From Eledone cirrhosa (taxonomy: Eukaryota), in contig OZ024749.1 of the NCBI GenBank assembly GCA_964016885.1, positions 35,216,001-35,280,000 on the forward strand: a stretch of DNA of 64,000 nt. The letters are read 5' to 3'. Positions 1 through 12,874 of the stretch are shown here, in pieces. Each line of letters opens with the position of its first letter. Within the stretch, counting starts at the first letter, position 1. A program made the translations under genes and the position numbers. The notes under the pieces are model-generated. The model was given only the letters and a program-made list of their open reading frames with translations, was not told where the DNA came from and did not search any database.

Positions 1-210
1 CAAAGATAGAGGCAAAAGGAGGTAGGTCAAACTAGCCACCGCTGTTGCCAGCAGCAGTCGGAATGACCCGGTTTGTTCTCAACGTTAGTGGAGGTAGTAG
101 TAATATGAAATACGTCCCTTCACGCACAAGGCGCCAAGGTACGCATGTATTGTCCAACCAAGTGCCAATGTGGTTCAATGGCGGGTTAATAAATTAACGA
201 GCCAGAACAA

Positions 211-471
211 ATATAAACAAGGTTTAGTAAATAATGAAAAAGTTTCAAAATAAATTTTAAAAAATTGACTTTACCTACTATAGTTACCTTTACCGATCGG
301 TTTCGAATCCCAAAAATAAAACGGAGACCATACGGCCTTCGTTGCAAAGAGAGATTCTCGTTTTATTTTTGGGATTCGAAACCGATCGGTAAAGGTAACT
401 ATAGTAGGTAAAGTCAATTTTTTAAAATTTATTTTGAAACTTTTTCATTATTTACTAAACCTTGTTTATAT
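211..471. repeat. Long inverted repeat (arms 211-323 / 359-471, 35-nt spacer) containing the 3' half of a hammerhead-like motif
   Basis: The 113-bp arms read as exact reverse complements and contain GAAA-CCGATCGG-TA. The right arm runs directly into (TA)n. Confidence 0.9.
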
Positions 472-484
472 ATATACATATATA

Positions 485-521
<37 letters not shown>

Positions 522-547
522 ATATATATATATATATATATATAAAC

Positions 548-582
<35 letters not shown>

Positions 583-585
583 AAC

Positions 586-626
<41 letters not shown>

Positions 627-666
627 AACATATATATATATATAAACATATATATATATATATATA

Positions 667-726
<60 letters not shown>

Positions 727-1006
727 TATATTTTTAATGTTCTTCAGTTTTTATTGTTTGTCTTTTTCGCTCTCACCTTCCTTTTCTCTCCTTACCCTTC
801 TTTCTCCCACTCCCCCTCTCTTTCTCTCACTACCACCCCTCTCTCTCCTGACTCTTCCCTCCTCTCTGCACCCTTCCTTCTTCCCTTCTATCAATTTTGA
901 ATTTTGGAAACAAACACTGTCCATTAAATTCCCCAATAATGTGCCGATCAATAACTGTGTAGATCAGAAATTGTTTTTTTTTCCTACCACAAGGTGTTCT
1001 CACTCA

Positions 1007-1051
<45 letters not shown>

Positions 1052-1109
1052 TATTTATATATATACATATATACATATATATACATATATACCTATATAT
1101 ATATATATA

Positions 1110-1174
<65 letters not shown>

Positions 1175-1255
1175 ACACATATATATATATATATATACCT
1201 ATACATATATATATATATATATACCTATACATATATACATATATATACATATATA

Positions 1256-1296
<41 letters not shown>

Positions 1297-1558
1297 AAAC
1301 ATATATATACCTATACATATATATACATATATACCTATATATACCTATATACCTATATATATATATACACACATATATACCTATATATATATATATACAC
1401 ACATATATACCTATATATATATATACACACATATATACCTATATATATATATATATACACATATATATCTATATATATATATATATATACATACATAAAT
1501 ACATATATATATGTGTGTGTATACATATATGTATATATGTGAATATGTGTATATATAC

Positions 1559-1639
<81 letters not shown>

Positions 1640-1735
1640 AATATGTGTGTATACACAAATATATACACATATATATATACATGTGTGTGTGTATTTTTTT
1701 CTGAGCAAGTGTGTGTGTGTGTGTATGTGTGTGTG
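472..1735. repeat. (TA)n/(TACA)-type microsatellite block with a CT-rich interruption
   Basis: Direct dinucleotide repeats; source of the YI-repeat ORFs. Confidence 0.9.
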
Positions 1736-2136
1736 AGTGGGTATGTGTGATTATTCCATTGAATGGTAAAATCCAATAAGGGAAAACTCAGCAGAATGTT
1801 TTAGTTTAATAACCACACAAACATTGAACAACTTGGAAACAGTGGTGATGGTGGTGGTGGTGGCGGAGGTAGTTTTAGCTTTTAGATCGACATAACTGTA
1901 GATTATTTCATTGTTTCTGTACTTTTTTCCTAGTGGTCGTGTTAGCTGGAGTCGGGGCTAGAGGGAGATGATGGAGGAGGAATAACAACAACAACAATAA
2001 CAATAATAATAAGAAGAAGAAGGAGAAGAAAAAGAAGAAACATCAACTTCCTTCCTAAATGCAATTTACATGCAAGTCAAAGAAACACTTAGAAAGAATA
2101 TTTCTCTTGGACACATGTGAATAAAATAGTAATAAT

Positions 2137-2964
2137 AATTGTTTCTACTTTAGGCACAAGGCCAGCAATTACCCAGTGTATTACTGGTACTTTATTTTAT
2201 CGATCCCGTAAGGAAGAACGGCAAAGTTAACCTCGGCGGGATTTGAACTCAGAATGACAAGGGCCGTAACTCTATGCATGAAAGCATGGCGTCCGACCCT
2301 CTACCAATACTGCCAATCCACCTTAAATAGTAATAATAATGGTTTCTACTTTAAGCACAAGGCCAACAATTTTAGGGGAAAGGGAAAGTCGATTAAAATA
2401 AAGTACCAGTGCATAACTGGTACTTTATTTTATTGACCCTGTAAGGATGAAAGGCAAAGCTAGCCTTGACAGGATTTGAACTCGTAAAGGGATATAACTA
2501 TGTTGCTAGACATAAAGTTATGTTATTTGTATTATCATAATTGTTTCTTCTTTTGGCACAAGGCCAGCAATTATCCCAGTGTATTACTGGTACTTTATTT
2601 TATCGACCCTGTAAGGATGAAAGGCAAAGTTAGTCTCGGCGGGATTTGAACTCAGAATGGCAAAGGCCGTAACTCTTTGCTGCAAAGCATGGCGTCAGAC
2701 CCTCTACCGATACTGCCCTCCACCGCCCTATTTGTATTATCATAATGATTTCTAGTATAGGCACAAGGCCAGGAAATTGGGGAGGGGGGGAAAGTCGATT
2801 AAATCGACCTCAGTATGTTACTGGTGCTTTATTTTATTGAAACCGTAAGGATGAAAAACAAAGTTAACTTCGACGGAATTTGAATTTAGACCGTAAAGGA
2901 CCATAACTCTATGCTGCAAAGCATGGTGTCCGACTCTCTACCGATCCTGCCAATCCACCACCCT
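2137..2964 (-). mobile_element. Head-to-tail stack of four tRNA-derived SINE copies (family A, Nin/Deu-domain-like body)
   Basis: Reverse complement of the family consensus with A-box TGGCAGTATCGG, B-box GAGTTCAAATCC, body GCCTTTCATCCTTACGGGGTCGATAAAATAAAGTACCAG and tail GGCCTTGTGCCTAAAGTAGAAAC(AAT)n. Confidence 0.9.
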
Positions 2965-3721
2965 TATTTGAATTCTCATAATGATAGGGGTCCTCAGTCC
3001 TATCATAAAAATACCCCCACTCCTTGGTCCAGATGTCAGGCCATTGCAGGAGTTAAAAGAAAGCACAGCTACTGCTGGGATTCAATTTTTCAGCTGAGTT
3101 GACTGGAACAACATGAAATGAAGTGTCTTGCTCAAGAACACAATGTGCCACCCAGTCCAGGAATCGAACCCAACACACTAACCACTAGGCCATATTTAGG
3201 AAAACACAGTATTGTGTCCTTTGGGTGAAACTTGCTGGAACTTGGTACCAATTCCATTTCGTAGGTGTTAATATTAATAAATGCACTGTCTTAAACTGAC
3301 ATGGTGGATATTCTATACCTTATCTACATTTTTTTAGTCTTTCTGCTTGTGTTTCCTTCTGTCTCCCTATCTTTCTATCTCCACTTTCCTTCTCTAACTG
3401 TCTCTTTCTCTATCTTCACTCTCCCCATTCTCCCAATATACACACATATCCAATAACCAGAACCTATTAGTTCCAAAGCTAGGTAAAATATATTTCCCCC
3501 TCTCCCTCCCCCACTCTCACTTCTACCCCAGTTCCAAACCTAAGTAAAAGACATTAGGGATGCAGGGACGTGGTGTTTCTGTACTAAACCTCTTACAACA
3601 CACAGGGATATAGTGAACCTATTCTAAAGTTCAAATGATATGATAAATAAACTACCAGTTCAATACTAGGCTCATTTCTTCCTCAAAATATTTTTTCTAC
3701 GTCTCTTGCTTTCTCTTTCTC

Positions 3722-3862
3722 TAGAAGAAATCAGCTGTGTTCTGAGCTGGAGGTTTGACATATTTCAGGTTTAAAGGGCCTTGGATGGATGGATATTTTA
3801 GAAGAAATTGGCTGTGTTCTGAGCTGGAGAGGGTTTGACATATTTCAAGTTTAAAGGGCCAT
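3722..3862. repeat. Direct tandem duplication, ~77-bp unit x2
   Basis: TAGAAGAAAT..GCTGTGTTCTGAGCTGGAG..GTTTGACATATTTCA.GTTTAAAGGGCC occurs at 3722 and 3799. Confidence 0.8.
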
Positions 3863-4168
3863 GATAGACTGTATGTAACAATGGTACCTTGACAGCTCCA
3901 TCATCAGTTAAAGGCCCATGGATGGATGGATGGATGGTGCAAAGTTGTAAAAACCAAATAAATAAATAATTATAACAAACAAATAAATAAAATAATAATG
4001 ATAAATAAATAAATAATTCATTTTTTCCCTAAAGATAAACATTTATATTGTGTCAATTGGCAAGTAATATTAGAGGGACAAAAGCAAAACACATCTTAAT
4101 ATTCATTTGAAATAAATATTAGTCTGTACTGATGATAATGTCACATAATCCCAAAGTGACTCCCTCAC

Positions 4169-4327
4169 AAAATACTGCATAATATCATCAGACTGGGGAT
4201 GGGTTATAAGGAAGAGTGGGGGCAGCTTTGTTATGACATTTACATCATAAATGTGGAAAATTTACATAATTGATATAATAATTGATATTAGAAATGGTTT
4301 GCCAACAGTAAAACTTTTTAGTTGAGG
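4169..4327 (-). pseudogene. Candidate exon with one in-frame TAA
   Basis: ccacag| acceptor and |GTGAGG donor; 159 nt; PQLKSFTVGKPFLISIIISIM*IFHIYDVNVITKLPPLFLITHPQSDDIMQYF; phase 0 matches the candidate exon at 7601-7835. Confidence 0.25.
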
Positions 4328-5094
4328 CTGTGGTAGTAGTAAATGGTAAGGATATATAAACATAACTGGAAAAAAAAAAGAAACAACACAAATATTGCTA
4401 CATTGGCTGACAAGCTGTGCTTATGTAAGGATATATAAAATGGAAGACAACATACATCATCATCATCTCTCTGTCTCTTTCTCTCTCAGCATCGAAAGCT
4501 GACGTTAGATGATGATGATACACACATAAACACACACCACAGACACCAACACACGCACACATATATATGTATATATATAAATATATATATATACACACAC
4601 ACACACACATATATATATGCATATACATATATGTATACATATATACAGAATACAGCCAAGTTACATATGATAAAATCAGGATTAAGTGAATATTAACTAT
4701 CAAGTATTTAAGTATTTATAACTAGAAAAGGTTTCTTTTATAGTTAATAACTTTAGGATTTCTTTAACACTAATATTTCGAACATAAAAGGTTCTTTATC
4801 AATATTTTTCTAAATTCAATATGTTCTTATGAAAATATAGAACATATAATAACACATTTTCAGGATGTAATGGAGTTTAGAGTAATGGCTTGATAAGATA
4901 TGACATCAAGGGTTAGTTATAATGTATCTCGACAACATATAGAGAAGCTTTTAGTTGCTATGATTTGAATAGTTTTAGATAAAGAGAGGAAAGTAGCTGA
5001 TCGTCAGATCAGACCAAGGAAACAATGTTTCCATTGGTCTTTCCATTGCTGATACTATCTGCCAGTTGCAACTTGTAACAGAAGTGTCACTGCT

Positions 5095-5127
<33 letters not shown>

Positions 5128-5248
5128 TGTTATACTTTAGGAGGATCCTGCTGCCAATAAAAGCACACGGACCTGTTGGTTTTCACTTTAATTTATTATA
5201 AATTTCCAGTTGGTTAGTTTAGTAGCTGGATGGTTGTTTATTTGATAA

Positions 5249-5293
5249 TTGTCAAAGCTCTTTTGTCACATATTCTGTGACCTCTTCAGAGAC
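5249..5293 (-). ncRNA. Minimal type I hammerhead-like motif (family H1), degenerate
   Basis: Minus strand reads CTGAAGA G GTCACA GAATA TGTGAC AAAA GAGCTT TGAC. About 100 bp downstream also matches the copy at 36663. Confidence 0.65.
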
Positions 5294-7335
5294 TAATTTG
5301 TTATTTTGTACCTCTCCTTTGTTCTGTCCTACACCATCTTGTTTTTGTGAGTTGTAGGTAAAGAAGATTATTTTTCCTTTAATCTGACAGAAAAAATATT
5401 TTCATAATTGTTACATTAAATGGATTTAAGTTTTATCAAATATAATATATATATGGAAAAGGTTTAGGAGAACAGAATGCCTTGTTTTTCTGCATTTATT
5501 TAAAAGCATGGTATTTACCTTGAAATATCATAGAGAAATATATTGGGTAAAAACATGCTAGCAGAAAACCATTGTTTTCTGCTAGCATGTCTAGTGTGTA
5601 GATTGATATTATATGCAGGTATATATACATGTAGATATGATACATCAAATAAAATCGTAATTGACAATATATAATACATAGAAATTGAACGAAGACTGTG
5701 TTACACTGTCTTATTTAATCAGTAACATAATCCATGATACATTAAAAAGACGATATTATATATAAACTGCATTAGGAGAAAATTAGTATGTTTATTTAAG
5801 CGATGGCCAATTGGAAGTGTTGACATTTCAGAAATTTTAAAGAAGTGAATCTTTAAATAAACAAAATATATTTAATCAACAGCCACGAAATTTAGTAGAT
5901 AAATTATGTAATATTCATTCATTATTTATTCAAAGTAATCCAACTTATTTTACAAATGGGATAAAAAATTATAAACCGTATGCAGTCCCATGCTCCTTAC
6001 TTTATTATAGTTTAGATATATGTTTAAAAAAGTGTCCTGCTTAGCTAAGATCATACAATGAATAAAAAAAGTGGGCGAAAACAACGGAAAAATAGATGAA
6101 ACACAGTACAGTCCCACTTCATTAGTCACTCGTGGTTTTCATGCTTAAAGAAAGGAGCTGCTCACCATATCAGACCAAAGAAACAATGTTTCCATTGGTC
6201 TTTCCATTGCTGATACTATCTACCAGTTGAAACTCCTGCCAGAAAAAGGTGAGAGTTAAATTCAGAATATACAGAACTTAATCAGACATTTTAAAGCCTC
6301 TTGATCAACTTTTTAACAATTCCATCTGCTGGATTGGTACTATAATTATCATAGCCAGAAAAGACAAAAAACAAAACTGACAGAGGTGGGATTTGAACTC
6401 AAGGCACAAAGGGTTGATAAATTATTGAGCTGCTCTGTCATATGTCTAGATAAAGAACCTTTATATTTAAACAGGTAATTGCAGGTAATTAGTGAGAATA
6501 ATAATTAGATCTTTTATCTTAATTTTATTCTTTACTTGTTAATATTGGAATTAAAACGAAAGAATTACATCCATTGTCAAGGAGTTAATTCACATTGATT
6601 CAATTTTACTGAGTCTATAATTACTGCTAATGGCTCTCACTTCACTTCCATAATTTTATAGTCCCTCCCACCCATCCATATATATGGATATATGTATGCT
6701 GCATATATATGTGTGTGTATGTATGTATGTGTACATGCGTGTATATGTATATATGTATGTATGTATGTATGTATATATGTCGTAACATGTGTCAAAATAC
6801 CAAAATACCAGGTAGGCCACCAAAGATGTGTACAGCTCTCACACAGGACCCATAAATCCACGTGTTCCGGGACGTTCAATTTTACTAAATCTATAATTAT
6901 TATTAATGGCTCGAAATTTACTTCCATAATGATATACTATATCTTTCTACCTTCCCTCTTTCTCTCTCATATATATATATATAAAAGATAATGCATAATT
7001 ATATTTGATTTTGAGGTTTAATTGATTTAATACATAAGTACAATATATTAACTGCCTTTATTGATGATGTAGATACACTAATGTATATCCATCTCTCTTT
7101 TTGTCCCCTCTCCCTCTCTCTCTCTCTTTCTCTCTCTCTCATTGTATATATATTTAATAATAATGATAATAATGAGTATAACCGAGGTTGCAGCTGCACT
7201 TTAGCAGATGTCAACCGAATTATAGGAAGCAGTTACAAAGCACTCAATGAGTGAGGAATTGATATATTTCTAAGAATAAGGTCAACAGAAGCATGTTGCT
7301 ACAATAGTACAACATTGATATATACAAACAGGTTG

Positions 7336-7384
<49 letters not shown>

Positions 7385-7600
7385 GTAATGAATTGGCAGA
7401 GTTAAGACATAAAAGAAATATATTTAGTGGACCAGTTGGAAAACAAAAGCTGGTGTTTGGAACATTTCTTAACAAATGTTCTTATATAGAATTATGATGG
7501 AAGTTTTTTTTAGATGAATATAAACACAAGCAGATTTTGTAATGTCAAACCAGGGCATTTTCAGGTGGTTTGCTTTCAAAACAGTCAACTGAAACAGAAC

Positions 7601-7835
7601 CTTTCTAAATTCTTTCTGCCAAATAGAAACTGAGGAGTCTGATAAAATGTAAGAAACTTTCCCAACAGTCTTGTAGAATTTTGGTGTTTCATTGTTCTGA
7701 GAATTATCTTGGTAAATCTCTTGTAATACACAGCTCCTTTTGATTAGACAAACTAAAGGAGACTGCATATTAAAGCAACTTCCCAAGATGTCACCTGGAT
7801 AACTGGAGAACTTCAATATTGGTGTTTGTGTAGTT
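7601..7835 (-). CDS. Candidate internal coding exon of the minus-strand host gene
   Basis: tcttcacag| acceptor and AAG|GTTCTG donor; 78 open non-repetitive codons (TTQTPILKFSSYPGDILGSCF...SDSSVSIWQKEFRK). Confidence 0.5.
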
Positions 7836-7853
7836 CTGTGAAGATGACATTAA

Positions 7854-8094
7854 CCCTTTTGTTACTATATTTCTAATGAAAGACACTGTCTGCCACTTTC
7901 AATTACTTTTGAAGATATACAAGAATTTGGAAGGATTTAGTAATATAACAGAAATTCTCATTATCAAACTGATGTTTGGAACATAAAGATTCTTACACAT
8001 AACAGAAGGTATTTAGATAAATATAAACATTTTAAAATATGAAACTTAGTACCATAGTACCTGGGTGGTTTCAGGTAGTTTGGTATGAAAAGGG
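7854..8094. mobile_element. piggyBac-type MITE
   Basis: TTAA|CCCTTTTG...AAAAGGG|TTAA. Related copies lie at ~11695-11944, 16668-17230, 20018-20249, 21535-21767, 22545-23121 and 62849-63355. Confidence 0.75.
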
Positions 8095-8215
8095 TTAACA
8101 GTAAAGTACACGATTTCCTTTATAAACTTTCCTCTTGTAAATGTTATAAAAGAATGAATGAAAGATCAAATGACCCTCAATAACATTTGAAATCAGAAAA
8201 TAGACATTTGAAACA

Positions 8216-8536
8216 ATAAGTTGACCTGTTCCAGGCCACCAGTGTAGTGGTCAGTACAGTAAGTTGACCAGTTCCAGCCTACTGGACAAGTGTATTGACC
8301 ACTACAGTAAGTTGACCTATTCCAGCCCACTGGACAAGTGTATTGACCACTACAGTAAGTTGACCTATTCCAGCCCACTGGACAAGTGTATTGACCACTA
8401 CAGTAAGTTGACCTATTCCAGCTCACTGGACAAGTGTATTGACCACTACAGTAAGTTGACCTGTTCCAGCCTACTGGACAAGTGTATTGACCACTACAGT
8501 AAGTTGACCTGTTCCAGCCCACTGGACAAGTGTATT
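8216..8536. repeat. 48-bp minisatellite, ~6 copies
   Basis: Unit CAGTAAGTTGACCTATTCCAGCCCACTGGACAAGTGTATTGACCACTA, period 48. Confidence 0.95.
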
Positions 8537-8671
8537 TTGTAATTTTCTATCAGGAATTATGTAATGTTTCTTTAACAAAATTAAATTATTACAGAAAATG
8601 TTAAGGTTCATTAATTAGGAACTTAGGAGATTGGTTTGTTTGACTTAAACACTGTTGGTGATGTCCCATAT

Positions 8672-9120
8672 GTGAGAGAGATGTAGAGAGAGAGGGAGAA
8701 TAGTGGAAGGAAAGAAAGAGAGAGGGAGAGAAGAGGGGAGAGAGAGTAGAGGAGGGAGAGAAGAGGGGAGAGAGAGAGTAGTGGATGGAAAGATAGAGAG
8801 GGAGAGACGAGGGGGAGAGAGAGTAGTGGAAGGAGAGAGAGGGAGAGAAGAGGAGAGAGAGAGTAGTGGAGGGAGAGAAGAGGGGAGAGAGAGTAGTGGA
8901 GGGAGAGAGAGTAGTGGAGAGAGAGTAGTAGAAGGAAAGAAAGAGAGAGGGAGAGAGGAGGGGGAGAGAGAGTAGTGGAAAGAAAGAAAGAGAGAGGGAG
9001 AGAGGAGGGGGAGAGAGAGTAGCGGAAGGAAAGAAAGAGAGTGGGAGAGAGGAGGGGAGAGAGAAAGAGAAGGCAAGAGGGGGAGAGAAAAAGGGGAGAG
9101 AGAAGTGAAAGGAGAGAGAA
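8672..9120. repeat. GA-rich minisatellite/low-complexity tract
   Basis: Recurring GAGAGAGTAGTGGAGGGAGAGAAGAGGGG units. Confidence 0.85.
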
Positions 9121-10286
9121 ATGAAACAATGAAATATGTGATTATGTTATAAATCCTTGTAAGGTGGAAATGAGACACTATCCCCCCCCCCTTAACAATA
9201 ACCAGTTAGGTGTGAAATTAACTCTTTTACTGGTTTTAGTCATCAAATCTTGGCCATGCTGGGGCATCGCCTTCAACGGATTTTTAGTCATTAACATCGA
9301 TTTTAATATTTACTTTTTTAGTTTGGTACATATTGGAACACACACACATATATATATATACAGACACACACGCATACAAACACACACATATATACACATA
9401 TACACACATATACATGGCAAACCTTTTCAGTTTCCATCTACCAAATTCCACTGACAAGACATTGGTCACCAAGAAGCTATTGAAGTTGACCCAAGCTCAA
9501 GGTGCTATGCCATGGGATAGAACCCCAAACCATGTGGTTACAATGCGAACCTTTTAATCACACAACCATGCCTTCAGAAGAGAAGCATTTAAACTGTAAT
9601 AAAGAGATGCTCTACATAGCCATCGCATAGATTATTATAGAGAAATATTGATAAATAGGTCATCCTTCAGTTTATAGTCTCTATTTGATTACTGGAGACA
9701 ATCTATCAGTATATATATATTGATTATCTAATGAAGTGTATAATGAGAATGTGATGATGAGGGGGAGAAGGTGGTGGTGGTGGAGGAATCAGGGAATTAC
9801 CCTTCCATATAATGTTGTCTGCTAGAAATGGAATTGGCTTTGGAGGACGACTGAAGACTGAATAATAAACAGCTTTAACAACAATTATTATTGAACAGAA
9901 AAAAGAAGCCAAGATAGTTGATATTGTATTGCTATTACAGAGGTTCAATTCTGGCCTGCAGCATTATCTTTCTACTGTAACAGTGGGTCAACCAATGTCT
10001 TGGGAGTCAAACTGACTAGACAGACATTGTAGAAACTCATTATATATATATATATCATTTGATGAGTTGTGGTGCACCTGGGCACTGTACACAATATTTC
10101 ATTATTGTTATTATTATTATATCATGACTCATACACTGTTCATTTTCCTGACATTTGTACATTATTCTATGTACTATACATGCACCTTTGATGAGTTGTA
10201 GTGCACCTGAGCACTGTACACAATAATTTCATTATTATTATTATTATTATCATCATTCATAATATATATATTTGTGTGTATATATA

Positions 10287-10342
<56 letters not shown>

Positions 10343-10354
10343 AACCTTCAAGAC

Positions 10355-10510
10355 TACCCAGTAGATTACTGGTACTTTATTTTATCGACCCCGAAAGGAT
10401 GAAAGGCAAAGTCAACCTCGGCGGGATTTGAACTCAGTTCGTAAAGGGACGTAACTATGCTGGAAAGCATGGCGTCCGGCTCTCTACCGATACTGCCAAT
10501 CCACCGCCCT
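10355..10510 (-). mobile_element. SINE family A copy
   Basis: Near-consensus head and body on the minus strand. Confidence 0.9.
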
Positions 10511-10836
10511 TTATATATAGTAATAATAATAAATGTGAAGACTAAAATCCGAAGAGGGCTCAATAAGGATAATATATATATATAAAAATATATAAAACTG
10601 AAGAGCAAATATTTATAAAAAAATTTATTTTAATAAATATATATATATATATTCCTTTACTTATTTGCATAGCGAACATTACCACGAACCAAAGTATCGT
10701 CTTCCTGTCTTCCTCCGGTTGCAACGTTTTTTGAAATATCCAGTTCTGCGTTTACAGATTGACTTTGTTAGTTTCAGAAGATCCCGTTAAGGGTGAAAGC
10801 AGCGATTCTTTGCTTAAACTTTAATCTGTTATTTTA

Positions 10837-10937
<101 letters not shown>

Positions 10938-11694
10938 TCTATATATACACACACACATACACACATATATATATATATATGCATCTATATACATATATAC
11001 ACACCCACATATGTATATAGATGTATATACATATGTGGGTGTGTATATATGTATATAGATGCATATATATATATATGTGTATGTGTGTGTGTATATATAT
11101 ATATATGTATATATACATATATCTATATATACACGCACACATACACATATATATGCATCTATATACATATATACACACCCACATATGTATATAGATGTAT
11201 ATACATGTGTGTGTGTATGTATGTGCTTATGTGTGTCTGTATCTGTGTTTATGTTGTGTAACTTAGCTGTTCAACAAAAACGAAATCAATAAAATAAATA
11301 CCAAGTTTGAAAAATTTGAACTGAGGCTGATATGATCGACTTCAAGGCAGTGCTCAAGCATGGTCATAGTCTAATGATTGAAACTAGTTAAAGTGTTCTA
11401 AGTTCCAAAATCAGAACCAATATTTCTAGCAGAAATACTAAAAGCTGACAATTGGCCATTCTATAATGGAGGACTGTAGTCAACAAGGTAACATTAGATT
11501 CTTCTCACTAGCATTTACCATTTATAACATGAAGTATTTATGGTGGAATTAGTTGAACATTCTTCAGTAAATATCACTGGAGATATTTTACATAAGCTAA
11601 TCAACTGTAACTACTCAGCAATTCTCTCAACCTTCAAGACTACTGAAATCTTGTAACAATGGAAGAATTGAAGTAAAAGCTTAAAGTTATTTAG

Positions 11695-11944
11695 CCCTTT
11701 TGATACCAAACTGCCTGAAACTACCTTTGGTTTTAACATACAAAGCTACTTATTTTAAAGTGTTTATCTAAAAACCTTCCATCTTAATTTTATATAAGAA
11801 CCATTTTTAAGTCGTGTTCCAAACACCAGCTTAATAATGAGAAACTTAGTTATGTTACTAAATCTCTCTAAATACTTGATTATTTTCAAAATTATTTAAA
11901 AACCATATACAGTGTCTTTCATTAGAAATATGGTAACAAAAGGG
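11695..11944. mobile_element. piggyBac-type MITE (same family as 7854)
   Basis: CCCTTTTGATACC...GGTAACAAAAGGG|TTAA; internal GTTCCAAACACCAG motif shared across the family. Confidence 0.7.
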
Positions 11945-12674
11945 TTAAACTATTTAAATTTATCTAAAAACTTTCCATCACAATTTTATTTAAAAGCATT
12001 TATTTGTTATAAACACCAGTTTAATAATTGTTTCTACGTTTGACACAAAGCCAACAATTTGAAGGGAGAGGGGAGAGTCGATTAAATCAACCCCAGTTCA
12101 TTGCCGGTACTTTATTTTATAGATTCTATAAGGATGAAAGATAAAGCTAACCTCAGTAGGATTTGAACACAGAAGGTATAGGACTGTAACAATATGCTGC
12201 AAAGCATGTTGTTCAATGCTTTAATGATACTTCCAGCTCAATAATGAGAGAGTTAGTTATAAATTCAAAAGGAAAACTACAGATTCCAAAAGCGAACCAT
12301 GTTGGAAATGAATATACAGAAAAATAAAGAATTCTGTTTTCCTTGGGTTATCTTTTGACATTTTCTAACAATGAAGAATTGGAAAATAGTTCTGAGACTG
12401 GAGATATTTATATTCAAGAGTATTTATATATAGTTTTCTTATTTTGTTTCTTTTGTAAAACATATCAGAATGCACTGAATGTCACCAATTCTATATCTAT
12501 CTATCTATTTTATTAAGCTATATATATATATATATATATATTTTTTATTTTTTTTTGTAAAAGGTAAACAGAAATAATAACACAAACGGTACAGTATATG
12601 GAAGGAATGTATATATATATATATATATATATATGAATTGATATATCTCAATATATCATTTAAAAATATATCAG

Positions 12675-12836
12675 GGGCGGATGCCATGCTTTGACGTATA
12701 GAGTTACGGTCCTTGCCATTCTGAATTCAAATCCCGCCAAGGTTAACTTTGCCTTTCATCCTTACGGGGTCGATAAAATAAAGTACCAGTAATGCACTGG
12801 GTAATTGCTGGCCTTGTGCCTAACGTAGAAACAATT
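12675..12836 (+). mobile_element. 5'-truncated SINE family A copy
   Basis: B-box region, body and tail match the consensus. Confidence 0.85.
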
Positions 12837-12874
12837 ATATATATATATATATGTGTGTGCGTGTGTGTGTGTGT

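Noticed and set aside
429-1776. Long YI/HT-rich ORFs here and throughout the window
   Set aside because: They are translations of (TA)n, (CA)n and (GA)n microsatellites.
8193-8542. Cys-rich 16-aa repeat ORFs
   Set aside because: Open on both strands because a 48-bp stop-free unit is repeated; no splice or other coding support.
10770-10810. CAGAAGA TCCC GTTAA GGGT GAAA hammerhead-like string, and a similar one at 13320-13380
   Set aside because: The core is degenerate and stems I/III cannot be convincingly formed.
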